This document shows positions 8,944-18,491 of a DNA stretch of 53,606 nt, piece by piece; position 1 is the stretch's first letter, and every line of letters begins with the position of its first letter. This DNA comes from Deltaproteobacteria bacterium (GTDB lineage: Bacteria > Desulfobacterota > Desulfarculia > Adiutricales > Adiutricaceae): positions 1-53,606 of the forward strand of contig JAITJP010000028.1 of NCBI GenBank assembly GCA_031278835.1, read 5' to 3'. The notes under the pieces were generated by a model. It did not search any database, was not told the DNA's origin, and was given only the letters and a program-made list of their open reading frames with translations. A program made the translations under genes and the position numbers.

Positions 8944-9722
8944 GGAAGGCTCTGCCTAAATTTTCCATCTCGAAGGAGCAAAAAAATGGTCAAGGCCAGG
9001 CCCAGTAGGGCCAAGCCGGCGGCGGCGTAGCTGGTCGGGGCCAGGTCCAGGACCTGGGGGCCTCGGTAATCGCCTCGAAAAAGATCGACCACAAAGCGCA
9101 GAAAACCGGCCAGGCTTAGGTAAAGGGCCAAGATTAGTCCGGCCGGGCGGGGGCCATTAAGGACCTTGGTCAGTAAAAAACAAATGGCCAATAAGCCCAG
9201 CGATTCGGCCAACTGGGTCGGGTAGAGGGGAATCCCGGCCGGGGCCAGGGAGCCTGGGGGAAAGGTCAGGGCCAAGGGAAAATGGCTTGGGGCCAAGCGC
9301 CCGTAACAGCAGCCGGCCACGAAACAGCCCAGGCGGCCTATGGCCTGACCCAGGGCCAGGGCCGGGGCCAGGGCGTCGGCCATGAGTAAAAATTTAAAAC
9401 GGCCCAGGGCGGCAAGGACAATTACCACCAGTAGGCCCAGGATCAGGCCGCCCTGAAACATGAGCCCGCCTTCCCAGTATTTAAAGGCCTTTAGGGGTGA
9501 GTTAAGAAAATTTTTAGGGTTAAAAATTACGTAGGCCAGCCGGGAACCGACTAGGCCGGCGATAATTAGCCAAAAGGCCAGATCAAAGGCCCTTTTGGGA
9601 CAAACCCCGGCCCTGGGAGCCATCCGGTTTAAATAAAAAAGGGCCCCCAGCACGGCCGCCACTAGGGCTAAGCCATAGCCGCCTAGGCTGATGGGGCCTA
9701 AATGTAGATCATGGGGCCACAT
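8940..9722 (-). CDS. lgt: Prolipoprotein diacylglyceryl transferase
   Basis: Polytopic membrane protein of 260 aa. It has an Lgt-like N-terminus (GPISLGGYGLALVAAVL) and a GRLGCFVAGCCYG motif. Confidence 0.85.
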   Translation of the reverse strand: MWPHDLHLGPISLGGYGLALVAAVLGALFYLNRMAPRAGVCPKRAFDLAFWLIIAGLVGSRLAYVIFNPKNFLNSPLKAFKYWEGGLMFQGGLILGLLVVIVLAALGRFKFLLMADALAPALALGQAIGRLGCFVAGCCYGRLAPSHFPLALTFPPGSLAPAGIPLYPTQLAESLGLLAICFLLTKVLNGPRPAGLILALYLSLAGFLRFVVDLFRGDYRGPQVLDLAPTSYAAAGLALLGLALTIFLLLRDGKFRQSLP

Positions 9723-9780
9723 GGTTTTTTAAAAAACCAAAAGCCCCCAAAAGGCCCCGGGCCTTTTGGGGGCTTTGGCT

Positions 9781-11085
9781 TTAGTGCTTAAAGGCCCTTT
9801 GGCCGGTAAAGACCATGGCCACTGGGGGCTCGGCTTGGTTAACGGCCAAGATGCCTTCGTAATCCCTAAGCGAGCCGCCGGGATGGGCGATGGCCGTGAC
9901 CCCCTCGACACTGGCCGCCTCCAGACCGTCGGGGAAGGGGAAAAAGGCGTCCGAGACCATGACCGAGCCCAAAAGGTTGCCTTTTTGGTCATCGACCTGT
10001 TTTAGGATCTCGGAGAGGGCTTCAATGGGTTTGGGGCCTTCTTCCACGGCTTGGGAGAGTTCCATGAGGCTCAGGCCGTGGTTTGAGTGGGACAGGTGTT
10101 CAGCGTAATTGCGCCTGGCTTTAAAGCAGGCCACTTCGACCACGCCGACCCGGTCCTGTTGGCCGCAGCCAATGGCCACGGTAGTTTGATCTTTGACAAA
10201 AAGAACCGAGTTTGAGATGACGCCCTGCTCCACGGCCCAGCCAAAGAGCAGATCTTGGTACTCGGCCTCGGTGGGCCGCCTCTGGGAGGAAATTTTCTGA
10301 CCGTTTTTTTCAGCCCAGGCCAAAGTAAAATCCTCGGCCGAGCGGATGCGGTTAAGGGCCGAGTGTTGCAAGATTAAGCCCCCATCCAGTAAGCTTTTGA
10401 TGTCTAAAAAGCGTAAATAAGCGTAATCTCTTAGTTTATCGATATCGGAGATTTTAAAGATTCTTAAATCAGGCTTTTTGGAAAGAATTGAGAGGACCCC
10501 TTCTTCAAAGTCCGGGGCGGCCACCACCTCCATGTAGCGCTCGATCATCAGTAAGGCCGTCTCCTGGGTTAGGGGCTTATTTAAGACCAAAACCCCGCCA
10601 AAGGCGGCGATCCGGTCGGCCTCAAAGGCCTTATGAAAGGCCTTGGCTTGATTTTGGTCCAGGGCCGCCCCGGAGGGGTTATTGTGCTTGACGATTATGG
10701 CGGCCGGTTTATCCGGTAAATAGCGCATAATGCCCAAAGCCGAGTCAACGTCGGTCAAATTAGTTTTTGAGGGATGCTTGCGGCTCCCGTGGATGGCCTC
10801 CTGGGAACTTAGGCCAATCTTGGAGACCAGACCATTTTTGGCGCTGACGAATTCCAAGCCCGATAAGGCCAAATGGCCATTGACCAGTCTATACAGGGCG
10901 GCCGGCTGGTCGGGGTTTTCCCCATACCTAAGGCCGCTTTGAATCAATTGCCCTTGCTGGTTTGGTAAATCAAAAAGCCTTTTTTGATAAACTAGCTCGA
11001 CTTCTCCCAACTTTATAGTTAATTGATCAGGAAAGTCTTCGGTTAAGTCTTTTTTATAAATATTTTTAAGATCTTCTGAACTCAT
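9781..11085 (-). CDS. purH: AICAR formyltransferase-domain protein (PurH C-terminal domain only; no MGS-like IMP cyclohydrolase domain)
   Basis: LRYGENPDQPAALY occurs near residue 53. SDAFFPFPDG and AIAHPGGSLRD are AICARFT motifs. At 434 aa it is too short for bifunctional PurH. Confidence 0.75.
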   Translation of the reverse strand: MSSEDLKNIYKKDLTEDFPDQLTIKLGEVELVYQKRLFDLPNQQGQLIQSGLRYGENPDQPAALYRLVNGHLALSGLEFVSAKNGLVSKIGLSSQEAIHGSRKHPSKTNLTDVDSALGIMRYLPDKPAAIIVKHNNPSGAALDQNQAKAFHKAFEADRIAAFGGVLVLNKPLTQETALLMIERYMEVVAAPDFEEGVLSILSKKPDLRIFKISDIDKLRDYAYLRFLDIKSLLDGGLILQHSALNRIRSAEDFTLAWAEKNGQKISSQRRPTEAEYQDLLFGWAVEQGVISNSVLFVKDQTTVAIGCGQQDRVGVVEVACFKARRNYAEHLSHSNHGLSLMELSQAVEEGPKPIEALSEILKQVDDQKGNLLGSVMVSDAFFPFPDGLEAASVEGVTAIAHPGGSLRDYEGILAVNQAEPPVAMVFTGQRAFKH

Positions 11086-11484
11086 GAATGGTAATCCTTG
11101 GAAATTATATCTTTTAAGCGCGGCCGGCGGCCCAGCTCAAAAATCAAGATTGGGCCTCTGGCCCGACCAGGTCAAAAGCTGACCTCTGACCCGGTCTAAA
11201 AATGCCCCGTAAAGGCCTCAAATCGCCCCGCCAGGGCCATTTTGAAGCAAATGGCCCCTTTACCCCAGGGTCCGGGCTCCCAGAGGCCTACAGGGGCTTT
11301 AAAAACGATCTGGCCCAGAGCCAGAGCTGGGCCTGGCCTTAGGGCTAAATCATCATAACAAAAAACCAGCCAAAATGAACTTCCAGCTGGTCGAAAAAGG
11401 GGCGATTTTAAGCTGTCAAGAAAAACTTGGCCCGGGCCATTAAACTTACAAAAGTTTGGCTCCATTTCTTGGAGAGTAATTTTT

Positions 11485-14157
11485 TTAGGTGCCGTCCGAG
11501 GAGAGGCTGGCGCTTGGGGTGCCAAAGGAGCCCAGGCCTAAAAGGTTAAAGACCAAGCCGACCCTTTGGTCATCGTAGGTGCTGGAAAAGAAAACCGAGA
11601 CGGCGTAACACTGGGCCTCGTAGTTTAAGGTAAAGTAGGTCTCCAGTTCTTTTTTGCGCTGAAAATCAAAGCGGGTGGAAAAACTGGAACTCCAGCCGCC
11701 GGTAAAATTTATAATGGCGTCGCCGCGGATCTGGCTGACGTTGTTTTCTTGGGCCGGGCCGCTACTGATGGTCGAATTGTCGTAATCGTAGATCAGGCCC
11801 AGAGAATCGCCCCGACGGTTAAAAAGGCTCATGGAAATTTCATGGCGGGTGAATTTTCCGGCCCGGCCGTCAAATTGCGAAAGAAGCCTAGTCGAAACGC
11901 CGTTGGCCAGATTGCTCTCAATTTCCAACTCAAAGGGCCCGACCCCGCTATCGTAGTAACCGGTGGTGTAGTAACGAGCCCAGGTGTTTTCGGCCCATTC
12001 GATGTTATTGGCAAACTCGTAACTGCCATAAATACCCAGCTTAAAAATCTGCTTGTAGTCATTGTAAAGAAGATTTTCCGAGGCGTCCAGGACCGGGGTT
12101 TTGGTGGTAATTGAGTTTCTAAGGCCGTAGCGGAAGGTTTGCCGGGAAAGGCGCCGGTCGAGCATGTCAAAAAAAGGCGCCTCGGATTGGGAGGGGCTTT
12201 CGACCAGTTCAAAGGCCAAGATGGGGCTGACCTCGTGCTGGGTTTGGCTGGCCTGGCCGGGGCCAAAATCATAAACCCGGCTTAGGGAGGTGGTTAACTC
12301 GATATCGACATTGCCGGAAAAAATGTGTTGATTGGCCTCGTGTTTGATTCGTCCGGTCCTGGTGGGCCGATAGCCGGTGGGAAAATAAGCCGTGTACCTA
12401 AGGCCGCCGTCAAGCTTAAGGTTCATAAAGGTGCCCATGTCTTGGTTCCAAAAAAGCGAGGGGGCCATGGTCAAGCGATGACCGATCTCGGTGATGTAGC
12501 TGTGCCGGTCGGTTTTCCTACTAAAATAATCGTATTGAAGCTCCAAACTGAACCTGGGTCCGGCCAAGCTCCCGGGCATGGAAAAGCCGAGATTGATGGG
12601 CCGACTGACAATGTTGTATTGCAACTTGGGCAGATTTTGGAGGGTATCGACGTTATTTTTTAAATACAAATTATTGCTGTAATTTAAGGAGCCCTTGAAA
12701 TAGGTGTCGTCGGCGGTCCTTTGGACGTACAAGGTCGATTGGCGAATGGGATCGAGTTCTTCGTTAATGGTTCTACCAAAATAGCGTGAAAACAAGGCTT
12801 GGGAAACGTTAAAACCATCCAGGTCACTTCTAAAAGTGTACAAATACATGGGGTCAGAAACCAGGTCAAGGTCTAGATTGATGTTCCAGCCAGAGTAGTT
12901 CCAAGCGTTTTGGGTTCTTAGCCAATACAAGTTTCTGACGTTTTTCTCTTGACGGCCCTCGGAGCGATACGAGTAAAGGTTATTTTGCTTATCTTTGAGA
13001 GCCGTGACCAGCCAGATGCCTTGACCGGCGCTTAGATTGTAGCGGCCCTCCAAGGTCACGGCCAGGCCCCTATGGGAGCGCCAAACCGGGGTAATGGTCA
13101 GATCGTAATCTTCGGCCAGTTCCCAGAAAAAGGGCGTGGCCAGAAAAAAGCCATCCCTTTTGGAGTATTCGACCGTGGGCATCAAAAAGCCGGTCTGTCT
13201 CTCGCCTTTAATGGGCACGGCGAAGTAGGGGGCGTAAAATAAGTTAAACCACTTGTTTTCCAAGGTCACCCCGGTGGCCGTGGCTAGGCCCCCGCGGTTA
13301 ATCATCAAATCTTTGGCCAGTAAGCGCCAGGAGGGATCCGGCCCATCGCAGGTGGTAAAAACGGCTTCGTTAACGTAAAAAGCTTCCTCGCCTTGTCTTT
13401 CAATGACGTCGCCTTGAACGTAATAATGCCCCTGGGGAAAAAAAGCCTTGCCGTCATAGAGCTTGGCCAGTTTAAGATCCATATTGACGGCCGCCCGAGC
13501 CGCCGTGGCCGAAAAATCCGGGGTGCGCATCTTGACCGCCCCGCTGACCTCGACTGTCTGGGTTGGCTCGTGCCAAAGGGCCCGGTTGGCTGAAATTTGT
13601 TCGGCCTCCCGGGTAATTAAGACCTGGCCGATGAAATCAAGCCGCCCGGACAGCTCATCATAGCGCATCTCGTCGGCCTCGATGACAACCTCGGGGCCGT
13701 TTTGAGAAACCACCATCCTGACCCGGTTACTGGTCTGGGGTAGCTCCTGGGCCTCGACTTGATAGAGCCGGGCTTCTTCTTCCCGGCTTAGGGGCTGGTA
13801 AGCCCTGGGAAAGGCCTCCTCGGGAAAGGGCCCCGGGTACTCCCGATCCTCGGGCCAGGGGGCAAAGAGATCGCCCTCGGTCCTCGGGTCTTCCAAAACA
13901 AAGCCGGTTTCCGGGGCCCGCAAGGCCTCGGTTAAATTGGTGCCCAAGCCGCTTCGGTTTAAGGCCTGGGCCCAGCCCGGCTCGGCAAAGAGCTCCAGGG
14001 CCAAAAACAAAATGGCCGCCAAAATCACCCCAAATTTACCCCAAAATTTTCCCCAAAATTTACCGCTAGCCAGGCCCAAGCCAAAGCCCAGCCTCCAGGG
14101 CCCCAAAAGGCCCCCAGGGCTGGTCTGACTTAAGCTATGTCTAGTATCTTGGTTCAA
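11485..14157 (-). CDS. lptD: LPS-assembly outer-membrane protein LptD (OstA family)
   Basis: 890 aa with a signal-like N-terminus. The OstA-like N-domain is followed by TTCDGPDPSWRL...NKWFNLFYAPYFAVPIKGERQTGFLMP and a long beta-barrel-type C-terminus. Confidence 0.85.
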   Translation of the reverse strand: MNQDTRHSLSQTSPGGLLGPWRLGFGLGLASGKFWGKFWGKFGVILAAILFLALELFAEPGWAQALNRSGLGTNLTEALRAPETGFVLEDPRTEGDLFAPWPEDREYPGPFPEEAFPRAYQPLSREEEARLYQVEAQELPQTSNRVRMVVSQNGPEVVIEADEMRYDELSGRLDFIGQVLITREAEQISANRALWHEPTQTVEVSGAVKMRTPDFSATAARAAVNMDLKLAKLYDGKAFFPQGHYYVQGDVIERQGEEAFYVNEAVFTTCDGPDPSWRLLAKDLMINRGGLATATGVTLENKWFNLFYAPYFAVPIKGERQTGFLMPTVEYSKRDGFFLATPFFWELAEDYDLTITPVWRSHRGLAVTLEGRYNLSAGQGIWLVTALKDKQNNLYSYRSEGRQEKNVRNLYWLRTQNAWNYSGWNINLDLDLVSDPMYLYTFRSDLDGFNVSQALFSRYFGRTINEELDPIRQSTLYVQRTADDTYFKGSLNYSNNLYLKNNVDTLQNLPKLQYNIVSRPINLGFSMPGSLAGPRFSLELQYDYFSRKTDRHSYITEIGHRLTMAPSLFWNQDMGTFMNLKLDGGLRYTAYFPTGYRPTRTGRIKHEANQHIFSGNVDIELTTSLSRVYDFGPGQASQTQHEVSPILAFELVESPSQSEAPFFDMLDRRLSRQTFRYGLRNSITTKTPVLDASENLLYNDYKQIFKLGIYGSYEFANNIEWAENTWARYYTTGYYDSGVGPFELEIESNLANGVSTRLLSQFDGRAGKFTRHEISMSLFNRRGDSLGLIYDYDNSTISSGPAQENNVSQIRGDAIINFTGGWSSSFSTRFDFQRKKELETYFTLNYEAQCYAVSVFFSSTYDDQRVGLVFNLLGLGSFGTPSASLSSDGT

Positions 14158-15542
14158 TTGGACTCCACGGCCGGGGCCCCGGTCAGGTAGGCCCTGGTTT
14201 CCCCCACGGTAAAAAGCGAGCCGCTGACCACGACCAAATCTTCTGGGCTGGCCGCCTGGGCGGCCGCGGCCAGGGCCTGGGGGATGGTCGGATGGAGACT
14301 ATAGGGGCATTTGGGCTGACCCAAGGCCTTGGTTAATCTCGACAAAAGTAATTCTGGGTCAGCGGCCCTATGGTAAGCCGGCCTGGTTAAATACAAACAA
14401 TCGGCCAGTTCCAAGACCGGAGCCAAGACCCCGGCGATGTCCTTGTCGGCCATGACCCCGACCACCAGGTGAAGTTTTTTTCTGGGGGCCGTTTTTAACA
14501 AACTGGTTAAGGCCAAGGCCCCGGCCGGATTGTGGGCCCCGTCCAAAATCAAGGGGGCGGCTGAATTCTTCTCCGCGGGCCAAGTCCCGGCGGCGAAGAC
14601 CTCGGCCCGGCCCGGCCACTTAACCGAGCTTAGGCCCCTAGAAATTATTTCCGGCTTAAGCTCAAAGCCCAAGTCCTCCAAACCGGCCAAGGTCTCGGCC
14701 ATGGCCAGGGCCATGGCCCCGTTATCGGCCTGGTAGGGTCCGGTCAAGGCCAAGGGAAGGCCGCTAAGCTGCCACTTTGGCCCAATATAATCTATAGTCT
14801 GGGCGGCCCCTCCCAGTCCAAAAGCCGCCCCGGCTTGCTCGGGGGCGATTTTGACCTGATAATCTCGGCCTAAAATCATAACCGAGGGGCAGTTCATTTC
14901 TTGGCTTTTTTCCAAGATAAGCTTAGAGACTTTTTCCGTATAGCGGCCCCCCACGAAAGGCACCGCTCTCTTAATCACCCCAGCCTTTTCGAAGGTAATC
15001 TCCTCAATGGTCGTGCCCAGATGGTCGGTATGCTCCAAACTTACGTTGGTTATGGCCGACAAAAGGGGCCTAATGACGTTGGTGGAATCTAGCCGGCCGC
15101 CCAAGCCCGTTTCGATCACGGCCAAATCCACGCCCTTTTGCTTAAAATACAAAAAGGCCATGGCCGTGACAAACTCAAAAAAAGTCGGGGGACTGGCCGG
15201 ATCGGTAGCCGGCCAAACTTGATTGACCAGCTCAATCACCTCGCCTTGGCCAATAAACTGCCCGTTTATTTGGATCCTCTCCCGAAAGGTGATTAAATGA
15301 GGAGAAGTGTAAAGGCCGGTCTTTAAGCCCTGCCGCCTTAAGCCCTCGGCCAGCATGGCCGCCGTGGAGCCTTTGCCATTGGTTCCGGCCAGGTGGACAA
15401 ACTTGAGTCCCTCATGGGGCCGCCCCAAGTTCTCCAAGATTTGATTCATGGAATCAAGGCCAAACTTCATGCCAAACTTTTGCAAGTCAAAAAGCTTGGC
15501 GATATTTTTTCCATAATGGTCTGAGACGACGGTGTCTTCCAT
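14154..15542 (-). CDS. folC: Dihydrofolate synthase / folylpolyglutamate synthase
   Basis: Mur-ligase P-loop HLAGTNGKGST. FolC-type N-terminus (FGMKFGLDSMNQILENLGRP). 4-nt overlap with lptD. Confidence 0.9.
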   Translation of the reverse strand: MEDTVVSDHYGKNIAKLFDLQKFGMKFGLDSMNQILENLGRPHEGLKFVHLAGTNGKGSTAAMLAEGLRRQGLKTGLYTSPHLITFRERIQINGQFIGQGEVIELVNQVWPATDPASPPTFFEFVTAMAFLYFKQKGVDLAVIETGLGGRLDSTNVIRPLLSAITNVSLEHTDHLGTTIEEITFEKAGVIKRAVPFVGGRYTEKVSKLILEKSQEMNCPSVMILGRDYQVKIAPEQAGAAFGLGGAAQTIDYIGPKWQLSGLPLALTGPYQADNGAMALAMAETLAGLEDLGFELKPEIISRGLSSVKWPGRAEVFAAGTWPAEKNSAAPLILDGAHNPAGALALTSLLKTAPRKKLHLVVGVMADKDIAGVLAPVLELADCLYLTRPAYHRAADPELLLSRLTKALGQPKCPYSLHPTIPQALAAAAQAASPEDLVVVSGSLFTVGETRAYLTGAPAVESN

Positions 15543-16066
15543 AAAAAAACTTTATTTCCGCGAAAAAAGGGCGCCCCTGGGCCCAGAGATCTGGCCCCTG
15601 GCCCAGAGACCTGGCCCAAAAATTTAGTCAAAGCTGTTAACAGTTTATGGACTAAAATATATTATAATATAGCCCTAGCCATTACAACAAAAAGTTTTTC
15701 CAATCAATGATTCATCACTTAGTGGTCTTGTTTAAACTCTTTTATCAATAACGTAACTACTTAATATCGCTAAAACATGATAAATTTCATTGATAGGGCT
15801 AAGCAAAGTTAGCCCTGGTCCAACCGTCCTGATCATGGGGCCCATGGCCCCGTTCAAGTCAGAAAAAAAACTTTTTTTAAACCAGGGGGGGAGCGGCGCT
15901 GACAACAAATTGTAGCCACAAAGACCAAAAAAGTAAACGAATTTTGGGCTTACTTTAAGCTGGCCCGGCCCTAAGCGCTATTTGTGGGCCAAAATTTCCA
16001 GACCAGCCCCGCTTATGGTGGTCAGCCCAAAGCCCAGCTGGGGCCCCAGCTGAGTTTTTTTTGGCC

Positions 16067-18415
16067 TTAGGGGGCCGTAAGTTTGGAGTAGCGAATCATG
16101 ACTTTTTTCTCGCCATATTGCTCAAAATCTATGATGGCCGTGCCGCCGCTCACCGCCTTGACCTGGCCCAGGCCAAAGCCGGGATGAATGACCTTTTGCC
16201 CGAGGCTTAGTTCCAAAAGAACCTGGCCCTTATGGGGTTTGGGCCTAGCGGGGCTTTTTTTCTGGGCCTTTTTGGCCGAATCTTCAGCTTCGTCAAAGAT
16301 TTGCGATCCATGGTCCTGGCTTAAAAACTCATCGATTTGCGAGCCGTCGTCGTTGGCGAAAATATCGCTTTGGTCCTCATCATCATCAAAAAACTGACTG
16401 CCGCCTCTGGGATTGGCGATGGGCCGTTTTTTCACCTGGTGGGCGCTATGAATGACTTGACTGGTTTCCTCAAAAAAATCCCCGTCATGGTTGTCACTGT
16501 CATGGATAAGCTCAACCAAGTCATGGTCAATTTTGGCCAGAAATCTGGTCGGGCCGTTATTGGAGGCCCCCCAGGAAGGGCACCACAGGGGCATGGTGAT
16601 GACCAAACGGTCTTGGGCCCTGGTCACGGCCACGTACATGAGCCGAAGTTCTTCTTCGGTTTCCGTGGCCTTGGCGTAAGAGGAGGGAAAACGCCCCTCC
16701 ACGGCTGAGATCAAATAGACCCGGGGCCACTCCAGGCCCTTGGCCGAATGTACGGTGGATAAGGTCAGATCGTTTCTCTCGTGGCCTTGGCCCACGCTTA
16801 AATTATTGGGCGGATCCAGGGTCAAATCGTCCAAAAAGGCCACTAAACTAGTGGCCCTTTCGGCCATGGGCTTAAATTCTTTCAAATCCATCAAGCGATC
16901 CGGGTGATCGTCTGGGTAGAGTTCCGGGAGCTTGGCTGAATAATATTTAAAAACCAGTTCGGTCACTTCCTTGGGCCCAAGATCCTTTTGGCTTATGGCC
17001 ACCAAGAGATCTTTAAGCTCAGTTAGGCCTTCCTTGGAAGCGCTCCTAGTAAGCTTGGCTTGGTCCAAAAGGCCCATATAATCGGGGTTGGCCAAAGCCC
17101 AGTTGACTATCGAGTCAAGGCTTTTGGGCCCCAAACCGTGAACGTGAATGAGTACCCGCCTTAGGCTAATTTCATCAAAGGGGTTAACCGAAAGGCGCAA
17201 ATATGAGAGAAAATCCTTGGTGTGGGCTGATTCCAAAAATTTGCGGCCGCCAAATTTGGTATAGGGGAGGCGGCGTCTGACCAGCTCGGCTTCAAGCTCA
17301 AAGGAGTGAGAACTGGCCCTAAAAAGCACGGCCATATCCGGTAAACTTAAGCCGCTCTCCAGATCAGCCTCGATCAAGTCAGCCACCCTGATGGCTTCTT
17401 GATGGAGATCGGCCAGGGTGATTATTTTGACCAAGGGGCCGTCGGTCCTGGTTGGCCGTAGAACTTTTTCAAAACGCTCCTGGGCTTGGCCCAACAAATG
17501 ATTGGCCACGTATAAAATTTGCGGGTGGCTTCGGTAATTTTCTTCCAGGGTTAGAATTTTGGTGCCCTGGTAGATATTGGGAAAATCAATGATGTTTCGA
17601 AAGTTAGCCCCCCTAAAGGAATAAATCGACTGGGCCTCGTCGCCCACGGCCGTGACGTTTTTATGGCCCAAGCCCAAAAAGGCGGTTATTCTGGCCTGAA
17701 TGGCGTTGGTGTCCTGATATTCATCGACCAAAATGTAATCGTAACGGGCGGCGATTTCATTTTTAACCTCTTCATTTTGGATCAGTAATTTTTCAAAGTA
17801 AAAAAGCAGATCGTCAAAGTCCATGAGGTTTCTTTGGGCTTTTTGAGTCCCGTAGGCGGTAAAAATTCTCTCCAGGCCAGGGGTAAAATCCTGTAAATGG
17901 GGATATGATTTTTTAAGTACTTGGCTGACCGTTAAATCTTTGTTAACGGTTTGGCTAAAAATATTTTGAATGGTGTCGCGTTTGGGAAACTTGGCGTTCC
18001 TAGAGGCGGTGTGTTCTTCGCTTCTGATTTTGCCCAATAAGCTTACGGAATCGTCCCTATCCATGATGACGAAACGGTTGGAAAAGCCCAGCTTAGGGGC
18101 GTAGACCCGCAAAATGGAATTGGCCAGGGCGTGAAAGGTGCCCCCGGCCACCCGGCCCTCCATGCCGCCCAAAATATCTTCGCAGCGGCTTAACATCTCC
18201 TCGGCGGCTTTACGGGTAAAGGTTAAAAGTAAAATCGATGAGGGGGCGATGCCCTGGTCGATTAACCAAGCCACCCGATAGACTAGGGTCCTGGTCTTAC
18301 CGCTCCCGGCCCCGGCCACGATCAAAAGCGGTCCCTCCATGTGCGTGGCCGCTTCATACTGGGACTGGTTTAATAGGCCCTTTAAATCGAGCCTGGGTTT
18401 ATGAATAAAGGTCAT
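16067..18415 (-). CDS. UvrD/PcrA/Rep-family SF1 DNA helicase with acidic linker and Tudor-like C-terminal domain
   Basis: Walker A AGAGSGKT. Motifs DEYQDT and VHSAKGLEW. D/E-rich stretch FFDDDEDQSD...DEAEDS. The C-terminal GQKVIHPGFGLGQVKAV resembles the PcrA/UvrD C-terminal Tudor fold. Confidence 0.9.
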   Translation of the reverse strand: MTFIHKPRLDLKGLLNQSQYEAATHMEGPLLIVAGAGSGKTRTLVYRVAWLIDQGIAPSSILLLTFTRKAAEEMLSRCEDILGGMEGRVAGGTFHALANSILRVYAPKLGFSNRFVIMDRDDSVSLLGKIRSEEHTASRNAKFPKRDTIQNIFSQTVNKDLTVSQVLKKSYPHLQDFTPGLERIFTAYGTQKAQRNLMDFDDLLFYFEKLLIQNEEVKNEIAARYDYILVDEYQDTNAIQARITAFLGLGHKNVTAVGDEAQSIYSFRGANFRNIIDFPNIYQGTKILTLEENYRSHPQILYVANHLLGQAQERFEKVLRPTRTDGPLVKIITLADLHQEAIRVADLIEADLESGLSLPDMAVLFRASSHSFELEAELVRRRLPYTKFGGRKFLESAHTKDFLSYLRLSVNPFDEISLRRVLIHVHGLGPKSLDSIVNWALANPDYMGLLDQAKLTRSASKEGLTELKDLLVAISQKDLGPKEVTELVFKYYSAKLPELYPDDHPDRLMDLKEFKPMAERATSLVAFLDDLTLDPPNNLSVGQGHERNDLTLSTVHSAKGLEWPRVYLISAVEGRFPSSYAKATETEEELRLMYVAVTRAQDRLVITMPLWCPSWGASNNGPTRFLAKIDHDLVELIHDSDNHDGDFFEETSQVIHSAHQVKKRPIANPRGGSQFFDDDEDQSDIFANDDGSQIDEFLSQDHGSQIFDEAEDSAKKAQKKSPARPKPHKGQVLLELSLGQKVIHPGFGLGQVKAVSGGTAIIDFEQYGEKKVMIRYSKLTAP

Positions 18416-18491
18416 GTCAATAAATCAAAGCCTTGGCCCAAGGGCCAAGCTTTCCAGGTCTGGCCGGCTACTTTGGGGCCAGGTTTAATGG

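Noticed and set aside
11196-11525. 109-aa ORF (-) in the purH-lptD gap
   Set aside because: It overlaps the lptD 3' end. The internal ATG at 11465 has no Shine-Dalgarno sequence. The composition is odd (W/F/P/G-rich) and there is no recognisable motif. A real small gene cannot be excluded.
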